64,000 bases of DNA, taken from Candidatus Nomurabacteria bacterium (GTDB lineage Bacteria; Patescibacteriota; Dojkabacteria; SC72; JAHDCA01). Location of the stretch: assembly GCA_020632395.1 (NCBI GenBank), contig JACKFQ010000001.1, positions 377,900 through 441,899 on the forward strand, given 5' to 3'. A model generated the notes under the pieces. It did no database searches. It saw only the letters and a program-made list of their open reading frames with translations, and had not been told where the DNA came from. The translations under genes and the position numbers were made by a program. Shown in pieces: positions 39,430 through 49,908 of this stretch (within the stretch, counting starts at the first letter, position 1; the number at the start of each line of letters is the position of its first letter).

Positions 39430-39918
39430 TTAGAATGGGAGTTCATCATCAGTTGGATCCTCATCAGAGCCAGTTTCTTCGACCAGATACTCATCTGCTT
39501 CAACAGACGCCTGAGAATTAGCTTTCTTAGGTGTATCTGCTGTGGCATTAGATTGATCTCCTCCACCTACTCCTTGTCTCCCCTTACTATCAAGAAGTTT
39601 CATTTCACTTATCCTTACTTCGGTCTTGTATCGGGTTGATCCATCTTCAGCTTCCCACGATCTGGTAACTAATTCACCTTCCACATAAACCATCATGCCT
39701 TTTGCTAGGATCTGCTGACATATCTCAGCCATCTTTCCCCAAGCAACTATATTGTGATACTGAGTTGATTCCTGTACGTCACCATTGGTATCTTTCCAGG
39801 TTCGATTCGTAGCGATACCAAAAGTGGCTACTGGAGTACCGTTTGCGGTATACCTCAGCTCGGGATCTCTAGTTAGATTCCCGATCAACATCACTTTGTT
39901 CAAAGATCTTACTGACAT
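39430..39918 (-). CDS. ssb: Single-stranded DNA-binding protein
   Basis: OB-fold N-domain (NKVMLIGNLTRDPELRYT), acidic C-terminal tip DDELPF. Confidence 0.9.
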   Translation of the reverse strand: MSVRSLNKVMLIGNLTRDPELRYTANGTPVATFGIATNRTWKDTNGDVQESTQYHNIVAWGKMAEICQQILAKGMMVYVEGELVTRSWEAEDGSTRYKTEVRISEMKLLDSKGRQGVGGGDQSNATADTPKKANSQASVEADEYLVEETGSDEDPTDDELPF

Positions 39919-39997
39919 CTAAATTCTTCTGTAAATTTATCTATTTCCTTCGATTCTATATCTGATCCATTAAATTGGAGTTAAAAATTTTTTAAAG

Positions 39998-40384
39998 CTA
40001 CTCCATTGCTTCTAATGCAGCCTGCTCTCTATCGATGTCTTCTTTAAAGTTCTTCTTTTTGAGAGAGCTTCCGATCTCTTCAGGTCTGTTGACCCTTACG
40101 ACCATATATCTCAAGATCTCCTGCTTTAGTTCCATCTGTCGTTTAAGCTCCTTTAATGCTTCGGTAGGAAGGCTCAAAAGGTACACAATATAGTATCCCT
40201 CATTGTGACCTTGGATCTTGTATGCCAAGTATCTCTTACCCCAAACATCGGAGTCATCGACCGATCCCCCAAGATCAGTGGCTAACTGTTGAATACCTTT
40301 ATGCACTGATTTTCGGACATCGTCAGGAAGCAAAGGCTTTAGGGCGACCATCATTTCGTACTTTACGCTCTGTGCCATTAACAT
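39998..40384 (-). CDS. rpsF: 30S ribosomal protein S6
   Basis: YE...V...P, WGKRYLAYKI and YYIVY conserved S6 blocks. Confidence 0.85.
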   Translation of the reverse strand: MLMAQSVKYEMMVALKPLLPDDVRKSVHKGIQQLATDLGGSVDDSDVWGKRYLAYKIQGHNEGYYIVYLLSLPTEALKELKRQMELKQEILRYMVVRVNRPEEIGSSLKKKNFKEDIDREQAALEAME

Positions 40385-40439
40385 TCCAGCGTTAAATTAT
40401 TTACATAACCAGAGGACAGCGTGATTCTAGCAGAAAGAC

Positions 40440-40931
40440 GTGCGGTTTGCACTATTGGTAGAAGTGGTCATGGAAAATTATCCACCCTATCAAGTAGAAT
40501 GTGGAGGCGAAGCCGTTGATCTCGTCTTTGGACCTAGGAATTCCTGCTTAGTCATTTTACCCATTACGAGGAGTGAGAACATTCACGTGAATGCCCGAAA
40601 TGATGCCCTACGGCCATGGGTAATAACTGATAACTTTAGTCGTGCTCAAATATATGGCTACGGTTTTTGGAGACCTGAAAACGAACTAGGCTCTATGGAG
40701 AGTTTACCATTCTATCCTGTTGCACTTGTGTATGAGCAGTCCACATCAAACACACTATCTGGGTCACTGCATGTAGTAGATATACGGATTGGAGAAAGAA
40801 ACTTAGATGCACCTTATGTAATGGCACTAGGTGCTGACATAATACAAATGCTCAAATTTGGTAGGATAAAAAAGGGCGAGAAGTTGCTTCATCCACAAAC
40901 AAGTGGAGAACGAATTTTTATTTGGAGATAA
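40440..40931 (+). CDS. Hypothetical protein (probable start ATG 40470, about 153 aa)
   Basis: Only long ORF in the 600-nt gap between rpsF and ychF; no recognisable motif. Confidence 0.35.
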   Translation: MRFALLVEVVMENYPPYQVECGGEAVDLVFGPRNSCLVILPITRSENIHVNARNDALRPWVITDNFSRAQIYGYGFWRPENELGSMESLPFYPVALVYEQSTSNTLSGSLHVVDIRIGERNLDAPYVMALGADIIQMLKFGRIKKGEKLLHPQTSGERIFIWR

Positions 40932-40989
40932 GCTACAACTAACACCTCAAACCAACTTGTACCAAGTCTATGAAGAATGCCTTTGACTT

Positions 40990-42096
40990 CTAGTGGCTAT
41001 ACACCACCATATAATCGCCGTCCTGCATTATGTAACCTTTTCCTTGATTTCTTACCAGACCCTTCTCTTTTGCCTGCTGGTATCCACCTAGTGCGATCAT
41101 TTTCTCTACATTCACTACATCTGCAGTGATAAATCCTGTAGAAAGATCTGTATGGATAACTCCAGCAGCCTCTTTTGCGGTAGCCCCCTGCACTATCGAC
41201 CATGCGTTACATTCTTTCTCGCTTCCGGTATAGAAGGTGATCAGTTGAAGCTGTTCAAAAGCCGTATGTATGACATCATCGATCAATATCGGTTGATACC
41301 CCAAAAGATCGATGTACTCGAACTTCTCAGCCTCGTTCATTCTACTAAGATCCCCCACTATCTTTACATCTACAGCGATAGCCCTACAATCCGGTAATCT
41401 ATCCTCAAACATCTTTATCTGCGTCTGTGCATCGCTAAGGCTCTCAGCCTGTACATTCAATATGAATAATCTTGGTTTTGAACTGAGTAACCAGAGATCA
41501 TCAGCGAACTCTTTCTCATCTTTAGTAAGTTGAACGTCTATAGCAGGGATACCTTCTCCCAAAGCACTCTTCAATTTCTCGAGGGTTCCTGTCTGTAGCT
41601 GTATTTCCTTTTCTTTTGTCACCCTTGCTTTCTTTGATATTTCCGCGTATTTTCTCTCAACAGTATCAAGATCTTTTAGGATGAGTTCGGTCTGTACTAT
41701 CTGAAAATCATCCCAAGGGTCGATACGCTCGTAAATATGCGTGATCGTTTGACTTCTAAATGCTCTGAGTACATACATTATCATATCAACTTCACGAATA
41801 TGCGAAAGAAATTGATTCCCCAATCCTTCTCCTTCTGAAGCTCCCTTAACCAATCCTGCTATATCAACAAATGTAATTGCGGAAGGAACGACTTTCTGTG
41901 CCTGATAATGTTTGGATAATGATTCTAATCGTGGATCTGGTACCTCAACTACTCCTACATTCTTGTCAATCGTACAGAAAGGAAAGTTTTCTGCAGGAAC
42001 AGTATTTTCAGTCAGGGAATTAAAGAGTGTTGATTTGCCAGCATTTGGCAATCCAACAATACCGATAGAAAGTGAGTGAGATCTAATTGCTGACAT
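40990..42096 (-). CDS. ychF: Ribosome-binding ATPase YchF (Obg-family GTPase)
   Basis: G1 GLPNAGKST, TGS-like C-terminal domain, 368 aa. Confidence 0.9.
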   Translation of the reverse strand: MSAIRSHSLSIGIVGLPNAGKSTLFNSLTENTVPAENFPFCTIDKNVGVVEVPDPRLESLSKHYQAQKVVPSAITFVDIAGLVKGASEGEGLGNQFLSHIREVDMIMYVLRAFRSQTITHIYERIDPWDDFQIVQTELILKDLDTVERKYAEISKKARVTKEKEIQLQTGTLEKLKSALGEGIPAIDVQLTKDEKEFADDLWLLSSKPRLFILNVQAESLSDAQTQIKMFEDRLPDCRAIAVDVKIVGDLSRMNEAEKFEYIDLLGYQPILIDDVIHTAFEQLQLITFYTGSEKECNAWSIVQGATAKEAAGVIHTDLSTGFITADVVNVEKMIALGGYQQAKEKGLVRNQGKGYIMQDGDYMVVYSH

Positions 42097-42146
42097 ATTT
42101 AATAATAAGACTTCAAGTGAAGTGAAATAACTACTACAATGACTGT

Positions 42147-44030
42147 ATGCTGACGTTATTCTATCATCAAAAGAGAAATTCTCACAGAAGTATACTTCTG
42201 ACAGCTATTTTTCTCCTCATAACAATCTTAACACCAGTTTCGACACCTAGTACGATTAACTCTGCTGACACACCTGCCTTCATTATCACTACAGACTACA
42301 ACCTGTACTACACTCCTAATGACTCGTTTGTGACAGTAGAAGAAACCCTCACATTGGAGGCAAAAGATCGAAATTATTTTTACCCCGCTCAAACTGAACG
42401 ATCATTTCTACTACCCGACTTCACACTTAATGAGGACCCCCAGGAGAGAGCCTTTAAAACAAGCACACTCACTATTCTTGATGAGAGAGGTATCGAATTG
42501 GACAAGCAGATCTCAGAGATCGAGGGTGGACTCGAAGTTACTGTACCAGAAACTCGCGATGTCACTTTCTGGAATTCAGAAAAATTCACCATCAGGTATA
42601 ATACTCATGAGCTGGTAGATCAAGTTGGAAATGTAACCAATCTTTATATCCCTGGCCTACCAGAAGATACCTCTTTCATATCTACTGACGATAGATATGG
42701 TCTAACTACAGAGTACAGATTTAATACCAACTTACATGTACCAAAAGATTCTCCTTCTGAATCATTCATGATGCCACAAGGTGGTATTGGCGTATCAGAA
42801 GATAGTAATACTCGGAAATACTCTGTCACCGCTCAAGACAGGATCGGAACAACTGCTTGGATACAATTAGGTACTACACAATACTTTTATTTCAAATTGA
42901 TACAAGACACCCCAAAAACAGACAATATTGTACCTGAGGAGGTAAACAAGTATTCAGATCTGCTTTCTACAAATGTATACGAACTACCTTTGCCTCGTGA
43001 ACATTCTGAAACAGATCAACGAGTGTTCTTCACAAAGATAGATCCCTATCCTACAGCAATTAACCGCGATGACGAAGGCAACCTACTAGCAACCTTTGAA
43101 GTTCCAGCGAACAAAGATGGGCAGATCATCATAGAGGGGTACATAAAGCTAACCTCTGATGGTGAGATGGCACCAGAAGACATGTCTCTAAATGAATATC
43201 TTTCTTTAACTGGCTCTGATCTTGATATACAACAGTACACTCGGGCAGACAAATACTGGGAGAGCAATGATGAATTCATCATAAACATTGCTGAGGATCT
43301 ATGGAAAGAAAGTAGTACTATATTGGAACTCATCAACAACGATTATGACAGGATAATTCAGACTTTTGATTATAGTTATTCCAAAGTAGAAGGAGAGAAT
43401 CCTAGAATTGGAGCCCTCTCGGCACTCAGTGGTGGACCAGCCGTGTGTATGGAGTATTCGGATTCATTGATCGCAATATTACGAGCACAAGGGATACCTG
43501 CTCGTGCTGCTATCGGATATGGAAATGACCCGACAGGAGCTGAAAATAACATAGGTGCGTCAGAGGCTTCTGTACAAAACATCGGTCATCAGTGGGTACA
43601 GGTTTGGTTACCTGATTACGGATGGTTATCTGTCGATCCGACTTGGGGTGAATCAGGTAGGAGGTATATCGGGGGTAATCTTGACCATATCCTTTGGTAT
43701 ACGATCGGAAATTCAGATCAAGGTTTCATCGGTACCGCATTAAGTACAGCAGACCCTATTACAGCGCATGTCCTGACCAGCTATGATGTATATCTACAAG
43801 CACTTACCGAAGAAGAATTCACAAATGCTAACGAGCTTACTAGTTTGCAAGAATTGCTTATACGATACGAAGGTGTAGAAGTGGATCCGATAAGTTACTT
43901 CTTAAAAACAACCAGTATTGGAAAGATCATCGTTTTCATCATACCCATAGCATCACTACTAATTGCACTGATGTTTATCTCAGCATTGGTATCAACATTT
44001 CGGAAGATCTACAAAAAGCAACGATCTTAG
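42147..44030 (+). CDS. Transglutaminase-like (Cys-His-Asp) domain membrane protein, N-terminal signal/TM and C-terminal TM anchor
   Basis: GGPAVCMEYSDSLIAILRAQGIPARAAIGY (Cys box), HQWVQVWL (His), SVDPT (Asp); terminal TM IIVFIIPIASLLIALMFISALV. Confidence 0.75.
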   Translation: MLTLFYHQKRNSHRSILLTAIFLLITILTPVSTPSTINSADTPAFIITTDYNLYYTPNDSFVTVEETLTLEAKDRNYFYPAQTERSFLLPDFTLNEDPQERAFKTSTLTILDERGIELDKQISEIEGGLEVTVPETRDVTFWNSEKFTIRYNTHELVDQVGNVTNLYIPGLPEDTSFISTDDRYGLTTEYRFNTNLHVPKDSPSESFMMPQGGIGVSEDSNTRKYSVTAQDRIGTTAWIQLGTTQYFYFKLIQDTPKTDNIVPEEVNKYSDLLSTNVYELPLPREHSETDQRVFFTKIDPYPTAINRDDEGNLLATFEVPANKDGQIIIEGYIKLTSDGEMAPEDMSLNEYLSLTGSDLDIQQYTRADKYWESNDEFIINIAEDLWKESSTILELINNDYDRIIQTFDYSYSKVEGENPRIGALSALSGGPAVCMEYSDSLIAILRAQGIPARAAIGYGNDPTGAENNIGASEASVQNIGHQWVQVWLPDYGWLSVDPTWGESGRRYIGGNLDHILWYTIGNSDQGFIGTALSTADPITAHVLTSYDVYLQALTEEEFTNANELTSLQELLIRYEGVEVDPISYFLKTTSIGKIIVFIIPIASLLIALMFISALVSTFRKIYKKQRS

Positions 44031-44209
44031 AACGATATTATCAGATTGACCAATGCAGAGACACCTATGATGACCTCTTATATCTTTCAACATGAAAAGA
44101 TCCCCAGTATCTTCATCTAGGATTGGATGTGTAAATATCTAACGCTGAGAAGGATGACTATCTGATCGGTATCCGAATATCTACATCCTAGTGAGTGCTA
44201 AGCGTCCGT

Positions 44210-45724
44210 TCAATCCCTTATCCTAAACAGCTTATCGACCTTCGATGCTTCTAACCCTGTTCTCAATCTATCAGCGCTAGTGGCATACAATGTCATGAGC
44301 TCGTCACCCTGGCGAACGGTATCACCAACAGTCTTGTTCAGAAAGATACCTGCATTTTTGATATATGGATTTCCTAATGCTCTTGCGACCTTAACGATCT
44401 CTTTGTTATCTACAACTTCTATCTTTCCGCTTTTTGGAGCTTTCAAAGTATCCTGATACTCACCTAGCTCGATCTCAGATGAATTGATCCGTTTCGTTGC
44501 ACCTTGTGTCTCAGCGATCTCCCAGAATTTCTCTAAAGCAGCACCAGAATCTAACTTCTCTCTAGCAGATTCGAAACCTTTGCCGTTCTCTACTGTCCCC
44601 GTCATCTCTAGTAATTGACCTGCCATCCTTAAAGCGGTTTCCTCAAGTCCTCGCGGTCGTAACTCATCCCGCTCATATACTCTCAATATATCGCGGATCT
44701 CTAATGCAGGTCCTATACCGTATCCATCAGGAGAACAAACCATCCTAGAGTACACTTCACACGTTATACCTACTTTTGAGAAAAGGTCGATGAAACCTCG
44801 CTTTAACACTTCGACATCATCAGGGTTTGGAACTTTTGTACCAGGACCGTAAGGGATGTCTATCAGTATATGTGATATGCCCATCGATACTTTCTTTGCG
44901 ATTATACTGACAAGCAATTTCTGAAATGATTGAACGTGTAAACCTCTTTCAACAGTGATCAAAACATCATCCGCAGGTGATAATTTCAATGCGCCTCCCC
45001 AAACCATACATGATCCAGTTTTCCTAACTGTATCCATAAGTTGATCATTGTTTAGAGCGACAGGCATTACTACCTCCAATATATCTGTCGTACCGGCGGG
45101 TGTCGTTATAGCTCTTGTGGAGGTGTTTGGGATTACCAGGTCGAATGACGCGATAATTGGAACTAGCAACGGAGTTACTCCTTTTGCTGCTACTCCACCT
45201 ATCGAGTGCTTATCTACAACCATATTTCCATTATTGCGGATATTTCTAAAATCCATGATATCTCCAGCATTTGCCATACCTTTAATGGTAGATAGTACCT
45301 CCTCATCATTGAATCCCGGATTGAAGAATGTCGCCATAAAATATGCTATCTCTACCTCGCGGATCTTCCTATCGGATATATCCTTTGTAATTACTGCTAA
45401 TTCGTGCTCTGTCAACCGCTCACCTAATAGTTTTTTCTTGATATATTCGATCGATTCGGGCCTTTCCATTACAGATATCGCGATGACGGTATCATTTGGG
45501 AGAGTGTATTTGGTCCATATCTCCTCATATACCCCTACTACACCAGGAGGTATCTCAGTATCAGTGATCTCAACCACAGCGAATATTGCGATCTCACCAG
45601 AATCGAAATTCACTATGTCAGCTTGATTTATACCTTCTCTCTGAGCATCTGTAGCATTAAGTACTATTGTCGGAGAATCTCCAGTTTCTCTATCTAATTT
45701 TAATGAATTGAGGTAAAGTGCCAT
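44210..45724 (-). CDS. AMP phosphorylase (thymidine phosphorylase family with archaeal-type N-terminal extension)
   Basis: 504 aa; pyrimidine-nucleoside phosphorylase glycosyltransferase core (GGVAAKGVTPLLVP, TGGT-like); about 90-aa N-terminal extension; adjacent to an e2b2-family isomerase. Confidence 0.75.
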   Translation of the reverse strand: MALYLNSLKLDRETGDSPTIVLNATDAQREGINQADIVNFDSGEIAIFAVVEITDTEIPPGVVGVYEEIWTKYTLPNDTVIAISVMERPESIEYIKKKLLGERLTEHELAVITKDISDRKIREVEIAYFMATFFNPGFNDEEVLSTIKGMANAGDIMDFRNIRNNGNMVVDKHSIGGVAAKGVTPLLVPIIASFDLVIPNTSTRAITTPAGTTDILEVVMPVALNNDQLMDTVRKTGSCMVWGGALKLSPADDVLITVERGLHVQSFQKLLVSIIAKKVSMGISHILIDIPYGPGTKVPNPDDVEVLKRGFIDLFSKVGITCEVYSRMVCSPDGYGIGPALEIRDILRVYERDELRPRGLEETALRMAGQLLEMTGTVENGKGFESAREKLDSGAALEKFWEIAETQGATKRINSSEIELGEYQDTLKAPKSGKIEVVDNKEIVKVARALGNPYIKNAGIFLNKTVGDTVRQGDELMTLYATSADRLRTGLEASKVDKLFRIRD

Positions 45725-45746
45725 GAAATAAAGATGTCAATTTATA

Positions 45747-46766
45747 CTAGAACAACCACTGATATTCCTTTTGGATAGCCCCCTGTATCTCTTCGGGCTT
45801 AAGGATACCGATCTCAGTGATATAGCCTGTTATTAGCTGTCTGTTCACAAGTTCAAACGCTGGATTTACCATCTTCAATCCCTCAGGAGCGTCTTGCCAA
45901 AGTTCTCTTGCATCCCTCATCTCGATCTCAATTGGTCTATAAGCAGTTGATATATCTGTCTTTAGGATCGAACCCACGACATATATTGGTTTGCTTGCAT
46001 AATAAGCTGCTAATGCAACTCCCCAACTACCGATCTTGTTTATGGTATCACCTTGGATGGTGATCTCATCACAACCGATGAAGACGACATCCGTATTTCT
46101 CACACCACGACCAATTATGAAGGATTCAACAGCACTATCAGCTATCATCGTAGTGTCAACTCCTGCATCTAACAAATTCTTGGCTGTGATGCGACCTTGA
46201 AATAATGGTCTAGTTTCGGTACAAACAGCTGAGAAGTTATCTATCCGTTTTGATTGATTGATGATGATCTTCTCTGCAGTGGAGGAGTGGCAATGTGTCA
46301 CAACTTCGTCTACCCCACCTAGAATAGCCGTGCTGTTTTCGACGATCTTGTCTTTGGCCTGTTGGATGAATAGAAGATATTCTGCTACTAGTTCGTCTAC
46401 CTTGCTTATCGCAGTTGCAGTATCATCCATGCCTGGATGCTTGATACGGATCATGTTCATAACGAATTTGACACCATTCTTTGCTAAGGGCTCATTTGGC
46501 CTAGCATTTGCCAAGATATAACCTGTCTTTTCCAGATCGAGTAGGAATTCATGATACGGTTTGTCGGATGGATATTGTGATAAGAATAGCTTTAGGCCCT
46601 CAAAAGTAGCTAAAGCTACATTGGTTGCACCTTGTATCTTTATCTCTTTGATATCCTTGATCACCTGCTCTACAGAAGTATATTTTGAGAAATCTAGTGA
46701 TGACATGAGTATTCGTAAATGATCTAATTCGATATCTATACTACCAAAGATCGATATAAAATCCAC
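45747..46766 (-). CDS. Ribose-1,5-bisphosphate isomerase (e2b2/eIF2B-like family)
   Basis: eIF2B/MtnA-type fold motifs (GATNVALATF, GCDEI); called R15P isomerase rather than MtnA because of pairing with AMP phosphorylase. Confidence 0.7.
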   Translation of the reverse strand: MDFISIFGSIDIELDHLRILMSSLDFSKYTSVEQVIKDIKEIKIQGATNVALATFEGLKLFLSQYPSDKPYHEFLLDLEKTGYILANARPNEPLAKNGVKFVMNMIRIKHPGMDDTATAISKVDELVAEYLLFIQQAKDKIVENSTAILGGVDEVVTHCHSSTAEKIIINQSKRIDNFSAVCTETRPLFQGRITAKNLLDAGVDTTMIADSAVESFIIGRGVRNTDVVFIGCDEITIQGDTINKIGSWGVALAAYYASKPIYVVGSILKTDISTAYRPIEIEMRDARELWQDAPEGLKMVNPAFELVNRQLITGYITEIGILKPEEIQGAIQKEYQWLF

Positions 46767-46767
46767 C

Positions 46768-48213
46768 CTAATCTAATTCAACTACCTCCTCATGTATAGG
46801 AACATGAGCATTGAGACGCAATTCCTCCAGGACATTAGCCGCAAAGCCTTCGGCAACTGTTTCTTCACCATGAACAATAAATACTTGTCTCGGAGAATGT
46901 CCAAATGCCCTCAACCAATACATAAGATCTCGCATATCTGCATGAGCAGAGAATCCACCCAACGTATGTACCTTGGCATATACATCAACTTTGTGACCCT
47001 TAAGATTTACCTGTGGTTCACCATCCAAGATGGCCCTACCCAGTGTACCTTTCACCTGATAGCCTACAAAGATCACATGCGTATTCTTTTTTGATAAGTT
47101 ATTATCCAGATGATGGATTATCCTACCTCCATTACACATGCCACTTCCTGCCATGATCACAACACCTGATCTAGTGGCTAATCTCTTTGAATCATCAACA
47201 CTTGAGATCATCTTGAAATCAGGAAAGGAGAATGGATCATCTCCCTTCTCTAATAATCTTCTTGCATCCTCATCATAAAATGTAGGATATCTCTTGAATA
47301 CATCAGTGGCTTGTAATGCCATTGGACTATCAAGATAGACCGGCATACTATCGATCAGTTTATTCTCATAAAAAAGATTCAATTCGTAGATGACTTCCTG
47401 AGCTCTCTCTATAGCAAATGTTGGTATGATCACATTTCCATGATCCTTCTGGGCTTCTTTGAGTACAGTAAGGAACTCTAGGATCGTTTCATCCTTGCTC
47501 TTATGGATACGATTACCATATGTTGACTCTACCAAAACATAATCAGCTTCTCTAATAAGATCCGGATCACGCACGATCCTCTGCCCTGGTTGTCCGAGAT
47601 CACCTGAAAAGACGATCTTACGAATACGTCCAAGTGCATTTTTTACCCATAGCTCGATCATAGCACTACCTAAGATATGTCCGGCATCTCTCATTCGGAA
47701 TTCCACACCTTCCTTCAGATTTATTGAATTACCATAGGGATACACATCAAATCTCTCGATCGTTCTCATTACGTCATCCAGATCAAACAGGGGTTTGTTA
47801 ACATTCGCTCCACCTCCCTTTTCTCCGGAACTTTTATGGACAGCCATCCATCTCGTATATTCCTCTTCCTGTAGTTTTGCAGCATCTTGTAAAATGATAT
47901 CTGCCAGATCCCTTGATGGTTGGGTGGATAAGATCCTACCCTTAAAGCCCTGTTTTACCAACAGTGGCAACCTTCCGACATGATCATAGTGCGCATGAGT
48001 CAAAATAACATAATCGATCTCTGCTGGATCAAAGGGAAAAGGTGCCCTATTCATATCCTCCAGTTCATCAGATCCCTGGAAAGCACCGCAGTCGATCAAG
48101 ATCTTAAGATTACCGGTATCTAAATAGTGACATGAACCGGTCACAGTCCTCGCAGCACCACAAAATTGAAGTTTGATCATTGGGCAGTTCTTTTTAATAA
48201 TTACTCTAATCAT
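46768..48213 (-). CDS. MBL-fold beta-CASP family ribonuclease (RNA-metabolising metallo-beta-lactamase)
   Basis: HAHYDH zinc motif, beta-CASP spacing, 481 aa. Confidence 0.7.
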   Translation of the reverse strand: MIRVIIKKNCPMIKLQFCGAARTVTGSCHYLDTGNLKILIDCGAFQGSDELEDMNRAPFPFDPAEIDYVILTHAHYDHVGRLPLLVKQGFKGRILSTQPSRDLADIILQDAAKLQEEEYTRWMAVHKSSGEKGGGANVNKPLFDLDDVMRTIERFDVYPYGNSINLKEGVEFRMRDAGHILGSAMIELWVKNALGRIRKIVFSGDLGQPGQRIVRDPDLIREADYVLVESTYGNRIHKSKDETILEFLTVLKEAQKDHGNVIIPTFAIERAQEVIYELNLFYENKLIDSMPVYLDSPMALQATDVFKRYPTFYDEDARRLLEKGDDPFSFPDFKMISSVDDSKRLATRSGVVIMAGSGMCNGGRIIHHLDNNLSKKNTHVIFVGYQVKGTLGRAILDGEPQVNLKGHKVDVYAKVHTLGGFSAHADMRDLMYWLRAFGHSPRQVFIVHGEETVAEGFAANVLEELRLNAHVPIHEEVVELD

Positions 48214-48327
48214 TCTATCATGCTTGGATTCGCTTATTCAAACTGAGTACATCAAATCGAGTTACAACTGACCTTGATACCCGTATAATCACAGATATGA
48301 ATGGCCAATTAATACCTACCAAAAGCT

Positions 48328-49281
48328 ATGAATTCAAGAAATATACCAACAACACTGAAAATACCTTGTGATCACCAATGTAGGAACAATATCTGGTTCT
48401 TTTCTATTGGAATTCTTTATCTGATAGCCGTAAGCTCATACGCTATCGGAAGTAAGAATTTCTTTTTTGACCTCTTTAGCCACTTCCAACCTCAATATAC
48501 CCTAGGGGGTATATCGATCCTACTGCTGGGGGCACTATTCAAGATCGACAGACGAATGATCTTACTGGCGAGTATCGCCGTTCTGACGCACTTCTTCTTG
48601 ATCGTCTACCCGATCAGGATGTCAGATATGGATCAAACAAAAGCCTCTGAGATAGACTTCTTTTTCATGAATAGTAATTATTTCAACGAAAAGTATTTAG
48701 ATATCTATGATGAGTATGATAAATACAGTTCAGCCTCTCAAATATATGAGAAAGGTTCGGTCGCATTAGTTGAAGCAAATGAGGATATAATAAGATTGTT
48801 TACCCAGGAGTATGGTGATCCTGTAGAGATCGAAGGGGTTGGAGGACAGACTTGCGTAATATTCTCAAGAACCTTTATAGCTGTGCCAAATGATACATTA
48901 CCAAAATTCGAATATCCGACCTGTATCGCATCATCAAGAAACATCACACAGATCGTTGTACACCCATATCCACCCTTAAGTAAGGAGCTTGCAGATAGAC
49001 AGGCTGTATATTTTGAACAGATCTCTGTGTATATTGAAGAATTGAGATCAACAGGGACAGACTTTATCGTCATGGGTGATTTTAATTCAACAAAGTATAA
49101 TGCGGTATTTCGTAGGTATTTTGGAAGTATGGATAGTACCGATCTCTATACGTGGGAACTCGGCAAACCATGGATGCTACAACTGGATCATGTGTTTTCT
49201 AACAAACCTATTGATGTTTACAGGTCAAAGAGGTTATCATCTGACCATATAGGCTTATTTATAAATATTGACCAAGATTGA
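48328..49281 (+). CDS. Membrane-anchored endonuclease/exonuclease/phosphatase (EEP) family protein
   Basis: N-terminal TM helices; GDFN and C-terminal SDH motifs typical of EEP fold. Confidence 0.55.
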   Translation: MNSRNIPTTLKIPCDHQCRNNIWFFSIGILYLIAVSSYAIGSKNFFFDLFSHFQPQYTLGGISILLLGALFKIDRRMILLASIAVLTHFFLIVYPIRMSDMDQTKASEIDFFFMNSNYFNEKYLDIYDEYDKYSSASQIYEKGSVALVEANEDIIRLFTQEYGDPVEIEGVGGQTCVIFSRTFIAVPNDTLPKFEYPTCIASSRNITQIVVHPYPPLSKELADRQAVYFEQISVYIEELRSTGTDFIVMGDFNSTKYNAVFRRYFGSMDSTDLYTWELGKPWMLQLDHVFSNKPIDVYRSKRLSSDHIGLFINIDQD

Positions 49282-49907
49282 GCAGAAACCTGAATCTTGA
49301 CCAAACAGAAGACCCATCGTCTTTAATGGCCCTCCTTCAGCACGATAGTATGCTGTTGGGTATGGCCTCAAATCCTCGCAAACACGTTCATCCGATATAT
49401 GGACAGATCTCGATGAAAACGAATATTCCAAACAGTCATTTCGGACCAGAACTTTTAAAGACTTATCTTTTCGGGATAGCAAGCAATTCAGGAGTTCGAC
49501 ATTCCCCTATCCTGTTTGACCTACGAAATTCGTTTACGAGTCTGGAAGAGTCATTACTACCATTTCAGACATTGTGTGATCTGGTGCAAAGCACATTCTT
49601 TGCTGCTGAAATATTTGGCTACGACCCCAAGAGTCAAGAGTTTGACGATGATGAACTGATGATCGCCCTTCATGGTGTACAACTTGGTGATAGCGAAATG
49701 GTAAGTGCTAACATCTATATCTCTGAAGAAAGTCGTCTACCTATACTTTCTGTAGCAAAGGGACTTGATTGGAGCCATAGAGTGATAAATGAAACAAATC
49801 GTGGTCCAGTTGAGGGAATGTTGTGGGCTTTGCAGTGGTACTCCTCCACCCTACGTGTAGATCCGATAAAGAAGAAGGACAAGAGAAGGAATCTAGCATC
49901 ACTGTAG
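49278..49907 (+). CDS. Hypothetical protein (start uncertain; first ATG at 49326)
   Basis: ORF overlaps the upstream stop via a TTG start; no recognisable motif. Confidence 0.4.
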   Translation: MSRNLNLDQTEDPSSLMALLQHDSMLLGMASNPRKHVHPIYGQISMKTNIPNSHFGPELLKTYLFGIASNSGVRHSPILFDLRNSFTSLEESLLPFQTLCDLVQSTFFAAEIFGYDPKSQEFDDDELMIALHGVQLGDSEMVSANIYISEESRLPILSVAKGLDWSHRVINETNRGPVEGMLWALQWYSSTLRVDPIKKKDKRRNLASL

Positions 49908-49908
49908 A

